The notes: a model not told the origin generated them from the letters alone. A stretch of 64,000 nucleotides of DNA from Leucoraja ocellata (GCA_036785375.1 JAWMAR010000388.1:1-64000); one strand, 5' to 3'; positions 25,645-37,037 are shown, counted from the first letter of the stretch. Numbers and translations are program-made.

Positions 25645-25672
25645 TGTTTTTGTATTGGTAGGAACCGCTGTG
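25645..25672 (-). other. 12-bp-spacer recombination signal sequence 3' of the V-D fusion
   Basis: Minus strand: heptamer CACAGCG (25672-25666), 12-nt spacer GTTCCTACCAAT, nonamer ACAAAAACA (25653-25645). Confidence 0.95.
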
Positions 25673-25992
25673 CCTTCCAGACCCACTGTATCTCGCACAG
25701 TAATAGACAGCCGTGTCTTCGATCTTCAGGCTGCTGGCCGTCACGATGAAGATATCATTCGTATTGTCTTTGGACGGAGTAAATCGGCTCTCTATCCCCG
25801 GAGCGAAGTACTTGGTGGAAGGCACGTGGTAGGTAAGTAGCCACTCCAGCCCCTGCCCGGGGACCTGACGGACCAAAGCCATCCAGTAGCTGTCAACACT
25901 GAACCCGCTGACTTTACAGGTCAGTGTGATGGAGCCTCCAGGAGTGGCCGTCTCTGTCTTGGGCTGGGTTAGAACGATATCGGAATGGACAC
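25673..25992 (-). CDS. IGHV: IgH VH exon pre-joined to D-like sequence: [106 protein letters not shown]
   Basis: Acceptor ttgcag| at 25993-25994. V-set hallmarks present (Cys23 [20 protein letters not shown]). Open frame to 25673; overlaps provided ORF 25631..25882. Confidence 0.97.
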
Positions 25993-26165
25993 CTGCAAGT
26001 TAAAAACAAGGCATGAATGGCGAGGATAAAATATTGACCATTGATCCCCGACTCTAATTATCAAGAGGAAATAATTGGGACGGTTCTAGAGTGGGTAGAA
26101 GGGGAATGGTGTAGTGGATACACCACTGGGAAACTTGCGTGGGGAATTTGTCCAACATCACTCAC

Positions 26166-26211
26166 GGACTATTAACGCCAGGAACAAACTCAGTGAAACC
26201 GCCGACATCAT
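26166..26211 (-). CDS. IGHV: IgH V leader exon (MMSAVSLSLFLALIV/R), 46 nt, phase-1 donor GTGAGT
   Basis: ATG at 26211, hydrophobic signal peptide, GT donor at 26165-26164. Splices in frame to the V exon to give MMSAVSLSLFLALIVRVHS|DIVLTQ. Confidence 0.93.
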
Positions 26212-26303
26212 CCCTCTGGGAAGTGTGACCCTGTTGTTTCTGTACAGAACCTCGCAACAAACCAACTGCAAGGAAGTTGGATTTCGGCCCCTCTTAGAGA
26301 GAA

Positions 26304-26370
26304 TTAAATACCCGGCAAAAGAGGGCGCGGCTGTGGGCGGGACTTGTAAACCGAGTGGTGCAGCGGGCGG
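26304..26370 (-). promoter_or_regulatory. Putative VH promoter: TATA-like TATTTAA plus two GC boxes, no octamer
   Basis: TATTTAA (26310-26304) about 93 nt upstream of the leader ATG; GGGCGG at 26335-26340 and 26365-26370. Confidence 0.6.
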
Positions 26371-26437
26371 AGCTGAAACACGGCTCCCAACTCAACAGCA
26401 ACATGGACTCACGCTATCACATCTATTAGACACATAA

Positions 26438-29406
26438 AAACATAGAAAATAGGTGCAGGAGTAGGCCATTCGGCCCTTCGAGCCTGCACCACCATTCAAT
26501 ATGATCATGGCTGATCATCCAACTCAGTATCCCGTACCTGCCTTCTCTCCATACCCCTTAACATCTTTAGCCACAAGGGCCACATCTAACCCCCTCTTAA
26601 ATATAGCCAATGAACTGGCCTCAACTACCTTTTGTGGCAGATAATTCCAGAGATTCACCACTCTCTGTGTGAAAAATGTTTTTTTTCATCTCGGTCCTAA
26701 AAGATTTCTCCCTTATCATTAAACTGAGACCCCTTGTACTGGACTTCCCAAATATCGGGAACAATCTTCCTGCATCTAGCCTGTCCAACCCCTTAAGAAT
26801 TTTATAAGTTTCTATAAGATCCCTCCTCAATCTTCTAAATTTCTAGCGAGTACAAGCCGAGTCTATCCAGTCTTTCTTCATATGAAAGTCCTGACATCCC
26901 AGGAATCAGTCTGGTGAACCTTCTCTGTACTCCCTCTATGGCAAGAATGTCTTTCCTCAGATTAGGAGACCAAAACTGTACGCAATACTCCAGGTGTGGT
27001 CTTACCAGACCCTGCACTACAACTGCAGTAGAACCTCACTGTTCCTATACTCAAATCACACCCTCAAAGTTACCTTTCTTTAAGTTCAGAACCCTTGTTT
27101 CTGAATTAATCATGTCACTCTCCTAATGAAGAACTCAACCATATTGTGGTCACTCTTGCCCAAGGGGCCACGCACAACAAGACTGCTAACTAACCCTTCC
27201 TCATTACTCAATACCCAGTCTAGAATAGCCTGCTCTCTCGTTGGTTCCTCTACATGTTGGTTTAGAAAACTATCCCACATACATTCCAAGAAATCCTCTT
27301 CCTCAGCACCCCTGCCAATTTGATTCACCCAATCTATATGTAGATTGAAGTCACCCATTATAACTGTTTTACCTTTGTTGCACGCATTTCTAATTTCCTG
27401 TTTGATGCCATTCCCAACTCCACTACTACTGTTAGATAGCCTGTACACAACTCCCACTAGCGTTTTCTGCCCCTTAGTGTTTCGCAGCTCTACCCATACC
27501 GATTCTACATCCTCCAAGCTAATGTCCTTCCTTTCCATTGCGTTAATCTCCTCTCTAACCAGCAACGCTACCCCACCTACTTTTCCTTTCTGTCTATCCC
27601 TCCTGAATATTGAATATCCATGGATGTTCAGCTCCCAGCCTTGGTCACCCTGGAGCCATGTCTCCGTGACCCCAACTATATCGCTTTTCTGCCCCTTACA
27701 CAATATAAGCAAAATATAAGCAATATATAGCAAAAGGATTTGAGTATACTTAGAGACAATATATATAAGCATCTAGATAAACAGGGTCTGATTAGGAACA
27801 GTCAACATGGATTTGTGCCTGGAAGGTCATGTTTGACTAATCTTCTTGAATTTTTTGAAGAGGGAATCTAGGGAAATTGACGAGGGTAAAGCAGTGGATG
27901 TTGTCTATATGGACTTTAGTAAGGCCTTTGACAAGGTTCCTCATGGAAGGTTGGTTAAGAAGGTTCAACTGTTGGGTATAAATGCAGGAATAGCAAGATG
28001 GATTCAACAGTGGCTGAATGGGAGAAGCCAGAGGGTAATGGTGGATGGCTGTTTATCGGGTTGGAGGCAGGTGACTAGTGGGGTGCCTCAGGGATCTGTG
28101 TTGGGTCCTTTGTTGTTTGTCATGTACATCAATGATCTGGATGAAGGTGTGGTAAATTGGATTAGTAAGTATGCAGATGATACTAAGATAGGGGGTGTTG
28201 TGGATAATGAAGAGGATTTCCAAAGTCTACAGAGTGATTTAGGCCATTTGGAAAAATGGGCTGAAAGATGGCAGATGGAGTTTAATGCTGATAAATGTGA
28301 GGTGCTACACCTTGGCAGGACAAATCAAAATAGGACGTACATGGTAAATGGTAGGGAATTGAAGAATACAGTTGAACAGAGGGATCTGGGTATAACCGTG
28401 CATAGTTCCTTGAAGGTGGAATCTCATATAGATAGGGTGGTAAAGAAAGCTTTTGGTATGCTAGCCTTTATAAATCAGAGCATTGAGTATAGAAGCTGGG
28501 ATGTAATGTTAAAATTGTACAAGGCATTGGTGAGACCAAATCTGGAGTATGGGGTACAATTTTGGTCGCCAAATTATAGGAAGGATGTCAACAAAATAGA
28601 GAGAGTACAGAGGAGATTTACTAGAATGTTGCCTGGGTTTCAACAACTAAGTTACAGAGATAGGTTGAATAAGTTAGGTCTTTATTCTCTGGAGCGCAGA
28701 AGGTTAAGGGGGGACCTGATAGAGGTCTTTAAAATGATGAGAGGGATAGATAGAGTTGATGTGGACAAGCTTTTCCCTTTGAGAATAGGGAATGGTTATA
28801 TGGTTATATGGTATAGGAGCAGGGAGGTTCTACTGCAGTTGTACAGGGTCTTGGTGAGACCACACCTGGAGTATTGCATACAGTGTTGGTCTCCTAATCT
28901 GAGGAAAGACATTCTTGCCATAGAGGGAGTACAGAGAAGGTTTACAGACTGATTCCTGGGATGTCAGGACTCATATGAAGAAAGACTGGATAGACTCGGC
29001 TTGTACTCGCTAGAATTTAGAAGATTGAGGGGGGATCTTATAGAAACTTACAAGATTCTTAAGGGGTTGGACAGGCTAGATGCAGGAAGATTGTTCCTGA
29101 TGTTGGGGAAGTCCAGAACAAGGGGTCACAGTTTAAGGATAAGGGGGAAATCTTTTAGGACCGAGATGAGGAAAACATTTTTCACACAGAGAGTGGTGAG
29201 TCTCTGAATTCTCTGCCACAGAAGGTAGTTGAGGCCAGTTCATTGGCTACATTTAAGAGGGAGTTAGATGTGGCCCTTGTGGCTAAAGGTATGGAGAGAA
29301 GGCAGTTACAGGATACTGAGTTGGATGATCAGCCATGATATTGAATGGCGGTGCAGGCTCGAAGGGCTGAATGGCCTACTCCTGCACCTATTTTCTATGT
29401 TTCTAT
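26438..29406. mobile_element. Composite CR1 block upstream of the VH promoter: minus 3' end (26438-27050), minus endonuclease fragment (27055-27680), plus RT (27750-28790), plus 3' end (28810-29406)
   Basis: ORFs 26621..26830, 26835..27017, 27110..27772 (APE: VGVTETWL, MGDFN, SDH), 27846..28952 (YADD) and 29001..29207. Confidence 0.9.
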
Positions 29407-29759
29407 AAAGTTGATATTGTGTAAGGGGCGGAAAAGCACGTTTAAAACTCATGGTATAGTTCTAAATAAGATGGTTTCAAGATTGGTTTCATAGTGCAGT
29501 TGTTTCATAAAATATGTTCGGAATTCCTCAAATGTATATTAAAATGTTTCTGGGTGTGTGCTTGCGTGTGTGAGAGGGAGAGAGAGGAGAGGTGAGCAAA
29601 AANNNNNNNNNNNNNNNNNNNNNNNNNNNNNNNNNNNNNNNNNNNNNNNNNNNNNNNNNNNNNNNNNNNNNNNNNNNNNNNNNNNNNNNNNNNNNNNNNN
29701 NNNNNNNNNNNNNNNNNNNNNNNNNNNNNNNNNNNNNNNNNNNNNNNNNNNNNNNNNNN

Positions 29760-29935
29760 GACATATAATGCTGGAGAAACTCAGCGGGACAGGCAGCATC
29801 TCTGGAGAGAAGGAATGTTTGACGTTTTGGGTCAAGACCCTTCTTCAGACCTCCAGAGATGCTGCCTGTCCCGCTGAGTTACTCCAGCATTATGTGTCTA
29901 GCTTTGATTTAAAGCAGCATCTGCAGTTCTTTCCT
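29760..29935. mobile_element. Penelope-derived inverted terminal-repeat fragment
   Basis: gctggagaaactcagcgggacaggcagcatctctggag ... ctccagagatgctgcctgtcccgctgagttactccagc inverted arms around a mutated hammerhead-like core (29821-29848). Confidence 0.7.
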
Positions 29936-31636
29936 ACAGATTCACAGTTATCAATATGAGCCGTTCGAACAATATTGGGACTGTCCATTCCAATATCAAG
30001 ATACATTTATTTGTCACATGTCCCAGTTGATACAGTGAAATGTGTGGTCACCATACAGCCGTACAGATAAAATGTCAATATCGAGATTGGTTACATCAAA
30101 GGCAGTAGAGGAAATTGATACAAAGCAAACACAAGATTCTATTAAAATGTCATTAAGAGATTGGAAGGAAATTAATGGGTGGCATATTGCAGGAGGGGAA
30201 TTGTAGATCTGTGGAGTGATTGGAGAAATGATCGGCATTAGGGATGATTCACGTAGTGTTGATTTTCAGATGCTGGTTCCAAAGAGCAAAGTTGAATGAA
30301 GGCACGTTCTAACTAATCAACCAATGAGCATATTTGTTGGATAGTATTTCAATGATTCAAACTGCACTGGTAGGGCGGATGGTGTCGAAAAACCTAATAG
30401 AGATATCTGAAGAATAATCCACTAGAGTTATCTGAGGAGATAAATAGAAACAGTAGTTCACCGATTTGTGAGGAAAACACGAGGAGTGTCGAAAATTTAA
30501 GGTGCATACGGGCAATTAAAGTTTCCTGCGCTCCAACATAGTATTCTTCTATGACTTGAATTTTAATTTATCATTGTATTTTCTATGCATCTGTGAATTT
30601 GTCACGTGTGGCATTCATATGTATGCAGAGAATGTTATTGATCCCAGCCATTGTTGGTAAATAAATGGATATGATACATGTTCTCAGTAAACCTAGCTTT
30701 GTAGAAATATTATTGACTAACATCATCCATATGCACTTCAACTTTATTTTTACAGGAGAGAACGTTGACAATTTAAAATAAATGTCTCTGGTGTAATCTG
30801 TTCAGAGATTTGCATTTCTTTCTCACTTTATCTGTTTTCCGCCTCTGGGGAAACATTGCTTCTGTTTCTGTCCTTCAGTAAACGAACCTGGGTCTGGGGC
30901 TGTTGAAATCACTGTTTATTTAAATCAGCTCATCTCTGTTTCCAGCCATTTTTAGATCAACACAAACAAGGCAATGAAGATATCATTCTCGACGGCGATT
31001 ATATGTTTTAACAATATTGGCAGTTGGCGCGAATCAACTGGATTCTCCGAGGGAGTCTATTTTATCATATCTTGTTCAAATAAAATGGTGCATTTATATT
31101 ACAGATTCACCAGAATATTTTGCTGTCCACTTGAATCTCCACTTGAAGAAATGTCTAAGCAAGCGAGGTCAATGGAGGAATCGAGTGCTTTCCACACATC
31201 CACTGTAGNNNNNNNNNNNNNNNNNNNNNNNNNNNNNNNNNNNNNNNNNNNNNNNNNNNNNNNNNNNNNNNNNNNNNNNNNNNNNNNNNNNNNNNNNNNN
31301 NNNNNNNNNNNNNNNNNNNNNNNNNNNNNNNNNNNNNNNNNNNNNNNNNNNNNNNNNNNNNNNNNNNNNNNNNNNNNNNNNNNNNNNNNNNNNNNNNNNN
31401 NNNNNNNNNNNNNNNNNNNNNNNNNNNNNNNNNNNNNNNNNNNNNNNNNNNNNNNNNNNNNNNNNNNNNNNNNNNNNNNNNNNNNNNNNNNNNNNNNNNN
31501 NNNNNNNNNNNNNNNNNNNNNNNNNNNTCAAGCACGATCCACTGCCATGTACGTCCAGGCCCAAGTAAGAATTTAATTGTACCGCTCTCGGCACTTATGA
31601 TAATTATACATTCTTGATATTTGACGCGTCATGTGT

Positions 31637-33345
31637 TAGAAACATAGAAACATTGAAAAATATGTGCAGGAGTAGGTCATTCGGCCCTTCGAACAGGGAC
31701 CATTCAACATAATCATGGCTGATCATTTTAATTCAGTACCCCGTTCCTTCTTTTTCCCCATATCCCTTGATTCCATAGGTTTTAAGAGCTAAATGTCCCA
31801 CTTAGGAAACCTGAACGGCAACCTCTGGAGACTTTGTGCCCCACCCAAGGTTTCCGTGCGGTTCCCGGAGGTTTTTGTCAGTCTCCCTACCTGCTTCCAC
31901 TACCTGGAACCTCCGGCAACCACCTGCAACCTCCGGGAACCGAACGGAAACCTTGGGTGGGGCGCAAAGTCGCCAGAGGTTTCCGTTCAGGTTTCCTAAG
32001 TGGAACAGGGGCATTACTCCCTCTTGAAAAGATCCAGAGAATTGGCCTCCGCTGCCTTCTGTGGCAGAGAATTCCACAGATTCACAACTCTCTGGGTGAA
32101 TTTTTTTATCCTCATCTCAGTCCTACATGGCCTATCCCTTATTCTTAAACTGTGACCCCTGGTTCTGGACTCCCCCAACGTCGGGAACATTGTTCCTGCA
32201 TCTAGCCTCTCAGTCCCGCCATCCCGGGAATTATCCTGGTGAACCTATGCTGCACTCCCTCAATAGCAAGAATGTCCTTCCTGAAATTTGGAGACCAAAA
32301 TTGCACACAATACTCCAGGTGTGGTCTCACCTGGGCCCTGTACAACTGCCAGAAGGACCTCCTTGCTCCGAAACTCAAATCCCAACATGCCATTAGATTG
32401 AATGGCATGCAATGAAGGCCAACATGCCATTCGCTTTCTTCACTGCCTGCTGTACCTGTATGCTTACTTTCAGTGACTGATGTACAAACACACCCAGGTC
32501 TCGTTGCACCTCCCCTTTTCCAAATCTGACACCATTCAGATAATAAACTGCCTTCCTGTTCTTGCCAATAAAGTGGATAACCTCACATGTATCCACATTA
32601 TACTGCATCTGCCATGTATCTGTCTTATTTTGTCACCTTGCAGCCTCATAACATCCTCACCGCAGCTCCCACTGCCACCCAGCTTTGTGTCATCCATAGA
32701 CTTAACTTGGAAATTACACATTTAATTCCCTCGTCTAAATCGTTAATAAATATTGTAAATAACTGGGTTCCCAGCACCGTTTGTCACTGCCTGGCATTCT
32801 GAAAAGGACCCGTTTTTTTCCTACTCTTTGCTTCCTGTCTGCCAACCAGTTCTCTATCCAGGTCAATACCCTTCCCCCATTACCATGTGATCTAATTTTG
32901 CACACTAATCTCTTGCGTGGGACCTTGTCAAAGGTTTTTTGGAAGCCCAGATACTCCACACCCACTGGCTCTCTCTTATCCATTCTACATCCTCAAAAAA
33001 TTCCAGATTAGTCAAGCATGATCTCCCTTCATAAATCCATGCTGACTTTGACCAATCCTGTCACTGCTTTCCAAATGCGCTGCTATAACATCTTCAATAA
33101 TCGACTCCAGCATCTTCCCCACTACTGATGTCAGGCTAACGTCTATAATTCCCCGTTTTCTCTCTCCCTCCTTTCTTAAAAAGTGGAGTTACAACGGCTA
33201 CCCTCCAGTACACAGGAATGGGTCCTGTCGGGAGAATATTGGAAAATGATCACCAATGCATTCACAATTTCTAGGGCCACCTGCTTGAGTACTCTGGGAT
33301 ACAGACCATCAGGCCCTGCGGATTTATCTGCCTTCAGTCCCAACA
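31637..33345 (-). mobile_element. Degenerate CR1 LINE with MITE insertion
   Basis: ORFs 32202..32408, 32393..32608, 32735..32983 and 33176..33493; (aaacatag) tail at 31637. Confidence 0.85.
31794..32013. mobile_element. Palindromic MITE (PIF/Harbinger-like end)
   Basis: About 80-bp near-perfect inverted arms tgtcccacttaggaaacctgaacgg... / ...ccgttcaggtttcctaagtggaaca; right end GGGGCA followed by TTA. Confidence 0.8.
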
Positions 33346-33800
33346 GTTCAAGTTCAAGTTCAAGTGAATTTATTGTCATGTGTCCCTGTATAGGACAATG
33401 AAATTCTTGCTTTGCTTCAGCACACAGAACATAGTAGGCATTTACTACAAAACAGATCAGTGTGTACATATACCATAATATAAATATATACACACATGAA
33501 TAAATAAACTGATAAAGTGCAAATAACAGAAAATGGGTTATTAATAATCAGAGTTTTGTCCGAGCCAGGTTTAATAGCCTGATGGCTGTGGGGAAGTAGC
33601 TATTCCTGAACTTGGTTGTTGTAGTCTTCAAGCTCCTGTACCTTCTACCTGAAGGTAGCAGGGAGATGAGTGTGTGGCCAGGATGGTGTGGGTCTTTGAT
33701 GATACTGCCAGCCTTTTTGAGGCAGCGACTGATATAAATCCCCTCGATGGAAGGAAGGTCAGAGCCGATGATGGACTGGGCAGTGTTTACTACATTTTAC
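33346..33800 (-). mobile_element. Rex1/Babar LINE 3' end with (TTGAAC)n tail
   Basis: agttcaagttcaagttcaagtgaatttattgtcatgtgtcc tail; reverse homology to the 20300-20748 fragment. Confidence 0.8.
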
Positions 33801-34174
33801 ACGCCACCCCCGCTGGACCCACGCCACCCCCGCCAGACAGAGGGGGGAGAGAGAGAGGGGAAGGGAGCGGAGAGGGACAGTGGGATTATCTTTAGTGAGA
33901 TTGATAAATTAAAGTAGGCTTTAGAGCTATTATATTTTCTCCTCCATATGAATAATATTAAACAATATCAAATAATATCAAACAATTGGAACTGCTTTCC
34001 TTTCCTTGATAACAATATTGAAAAATATGAATTCCATAGTTTGTGACATAAATATACATTTTAATGGGATCATTATATACAGATGTAACATTTCAATTTC
34101 GAGATCGGGGGGGTTGGGGGCAAATATGCATCATGCCGATAGCCTAATCGTTAAAGAGTTAAAAGATAGCCTAA

Positions 34175-35400
34175 TCGATAAAGAGCTGAGAAGAGGAATC
34201 AGAGCTGCCAAGGAAAGATACTCTGAGAAGTTGAGGAGCAAGTTCTCAGCTAATGACTCTAGAGAGATAAGTTTTTTTGGCCTTCCATCACAGTTATGTG
34301 ATGGATGTTTATGTAAAATGTAATTATGTTGTGTCTGGGGTCTATTTGTGTGTAATGTATGGCTGCAGAAACGGCATTTCGTTTGGACCTCCAGGGGTCC
34401 AAATGACAATTAAATTGACTCTTGACTCTCTTGACTCTTGACTCTTCTTCAGTTTGGAAGGGCATAGAAGAATATAAGAAGAAAGCCCCCCCGCTCTTTG
34501 GACAATCGTCAGCTGACGAACGACCTGAATGAGTTTTATTGCAGGTTTGAAAGTCAGAAACGTAACCCTGGTACCCCCTGCCCAACAACACAGCCAGACC
34601 CCAGTCTGTAAAGAATGGACCCTGCACCCTCTCCTTCCCATTCACCACTTCACACCTACTTAAGGCAAGGCTCCAGTATGAAAAGTGTGGACCCTTTCCC
34701 ACCCCAACCAACAACTCACACACACTCACAGCCTGACCTCAGGCTGCAAAGACTGGGCCCTTCTACACCCACCCCACTCCAATTACTCATTCTTAACCAG
34801 TCCCTGCAAAGATGTACTGTCCCTGCTTGCTTCAAAGTCTCCACTATTGTCCCTGTACACAAAAAGGTAAGGATTACTGGTCTTAATGACTACAGGCTAG
34901 TCGCACTGACCTCTGTAGTCATGAAGACCGTTGAAAGGCTTGTGCTGGCCAAGCTGAAAATTATCACAATCCCTCTGCTGGAAACTCTGCATTTTGCATA
35001 TTGGGCCAATAGATATGTGGATGACGCTGTCAATCTGGGCCTGCACTTCATCCTCCAGCACCTAGACCGCCAGGGGACCTATGTGAGGATTTTGTTTTTT
35101 GATTTTAGCTCTGCATTCAATACCATTGTGTCAGAGCTACTACGCTCCAAACTTTCTGAGTTGACTGTGCCTGAACCCCTCTGTCGGTGGATCACCAGCT
35201 TTCTGACAGACAGGAAGCAGCATGTGAGGCGGGAAAGCATATCACCCACAAACGCTCAGCATAGGAGCACCGCAAGATGCGTACTCTCCCCTCTCCTCTA
35301 CTCTCGCCACACCAACGATTGCACCTCCACAGACAACTCTGTCAAGCTTCTCAAGTTTGCGGATGACGCAACCCTGATTGGACTGATCCAGAATGGGGAT
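34175..35400 (+). mobile_element. Rex1/Babar LINE RT fragment (with nested 3' tail piece at ~34270-34445)
   Basis: ORF 34615..35436: [14 protein letters not shown]...[15 protein letters not shown]...[14 protein letters not shown]...LLKFADD. Confidence 0.88.
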
Positions 35401-36630
35401 CTCTGTACTCTTTTCAGTTTGACATCTTACCTATAATGGTGCCCAGAACTGAACACAATATTCTAAATGCGGTCTCACCAACGTCTTATACAACTGCTAC
35501 ATGACCTCCCAACTTCTATACTCAATACTCTGACTGATGAAGGCCAAAGTGCCAAAATGCTTTTTAACCACCTGATATACCTGCGACACGACCTTCAAGG
35601 AACCATGCAACCATCAACCATTCCTCTGCCGACCTGGCTAATTGATCCAGATCCTGCTGTAATCTTTCACAACCATCTTCACTATCTGCAAAACCACTCA
35701 CTTCTGTATCATCAGCAAACTTGCTAATCTTGCCCTGTTCTGTGACGTGTCACAGTGCTGGAGTAACTCAGCGGGTCAGGCTGAGTATAGAAGTTGGGAG
35801 GTCATGTTGCAGTTGCATAAGAAGTTGGTGAGGCCGCATTCAGAGTATTGTATTCAGTTCTGGGCACCATGTTATAGGCAACATGTCATCAAACTGGAAA
35901 GAGTACAGTGAAGATTTACGAGGATGTTGCCAGGACGAGAGGGCCAAAGCTATAGGGAGAGGTTGAGTAGGCTGGGACTCTATTTCATGGAGCACAGGAG
36001 GATGAGGGATGATCTAATAGAGGTGTATAAAATCATGATTTGAATAGATATGGTTGAGTCTTTTGCCCAGAGTAGGTGAATCGAGGAGCAGAGGACATAA
36101 GTTTAAGGTGAAGGGCAAAAGATTTAATAGGAATCTATGGGGTATGTTTTTCACACAAAGGGTGGTAGGGGTATGGAACAAGCTGCCAGAGGAGGTAGTG
36201 GAGGCTGGGATTATCGCAACATTTAAGAAACAGTTAGACAGGTACATGGATAGGACAGGTTCGGAGGGATATGGATCAAACGTCGGCAGGTGGGACTAGT
36301 GCAGATGGGACATACTGGGCCGAAGGGGCTGTTTCCACACTGTATGACTATGACTCTATCTACCTTTCCCTCTCAAACCCATTCTCCTGCCTTCTCCCCA
36401 TTACCTCCGACAGCCGTATCCATCAAGAATCTATCAATCTCCTCCTGAAAAATGTCCATTGACTTGACCTTCACAGCTGTCTGTGGCAATGAATTCGACA
36501 GTTCCCCACCCTCTGACTTAAGACATTCCTGCTCATCAACTTCCTAAAGTAAAGTATTTTAATTCTGAGGCTGTGGCCACTGGTCCTAGACTCTCCCACC
36601 AGTGGAAACATCCTCTCCACATCAACTCCA
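35400..36630. mobile_element. CR1 fragments in both orientations
   Basis: ORFs 36054..36299 (FFTQRVVGVWNKLP) and 36471..36674; homologous to 39335-40350. Confidence 0.8.
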
Positions 36631-36856
36631 TCCAGGTTTTTACCCAGCTGGGACAGACGGCAACAGCTTAACACTGTGTCCCAAAGCTTGTGTCCTGTCC
36701 TGCATCACCCAAGGCAGCAGAGACGTTATAGGAGAGGGCAAGCACCGTAACAAAGTAGCTCACGATAGTTTGGGTAACATTCAGGAATGTCTGTGCATGT
36801 CACATCATGAATATTACTGAAGAATGGTCTTGACCCGAAATATAATCCATACCTTT

Positions 36857-37037
36857 TCTCCAGAGATGCTGCCTGGCCCACTGAGTTACTCCAGCACTCT
36901 GTGACATGTCACCTATCCATGTTCTCCAGAGATGCTGCCAGACCCGCTGAGTTACTCCAGCACTCTGTGACACGTCGCTTATTCATATTCTCTGCAGATG
37001 CTGCCTGACCCACTGAGTTACTCCAGCACTCTGTGAC
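36857..37037 (+). repeat. Tandem ~66-bp Penelope-terminal-derived repeat, ~3 copies
   Basis: tctccagagatgctgcc.g.ccc.ctgagttactccagcactctgtgaca.gtc.c.tat.cat repeated three times. Confidence 0.8.

Noticed and set aside
25652-25690. TACAGTG directly after CAR as a mutated V heptamer of an unrearranged V-23RSS
   Set aside because: The sequence 22-23 nt downstream (TACCAATAC) is not a nonamer, and the first base of the heptamer is wrong. A clean heptamer/12/nonamer starts 18 nt after CAR, so the 18 nt is better read as joined D sequence.
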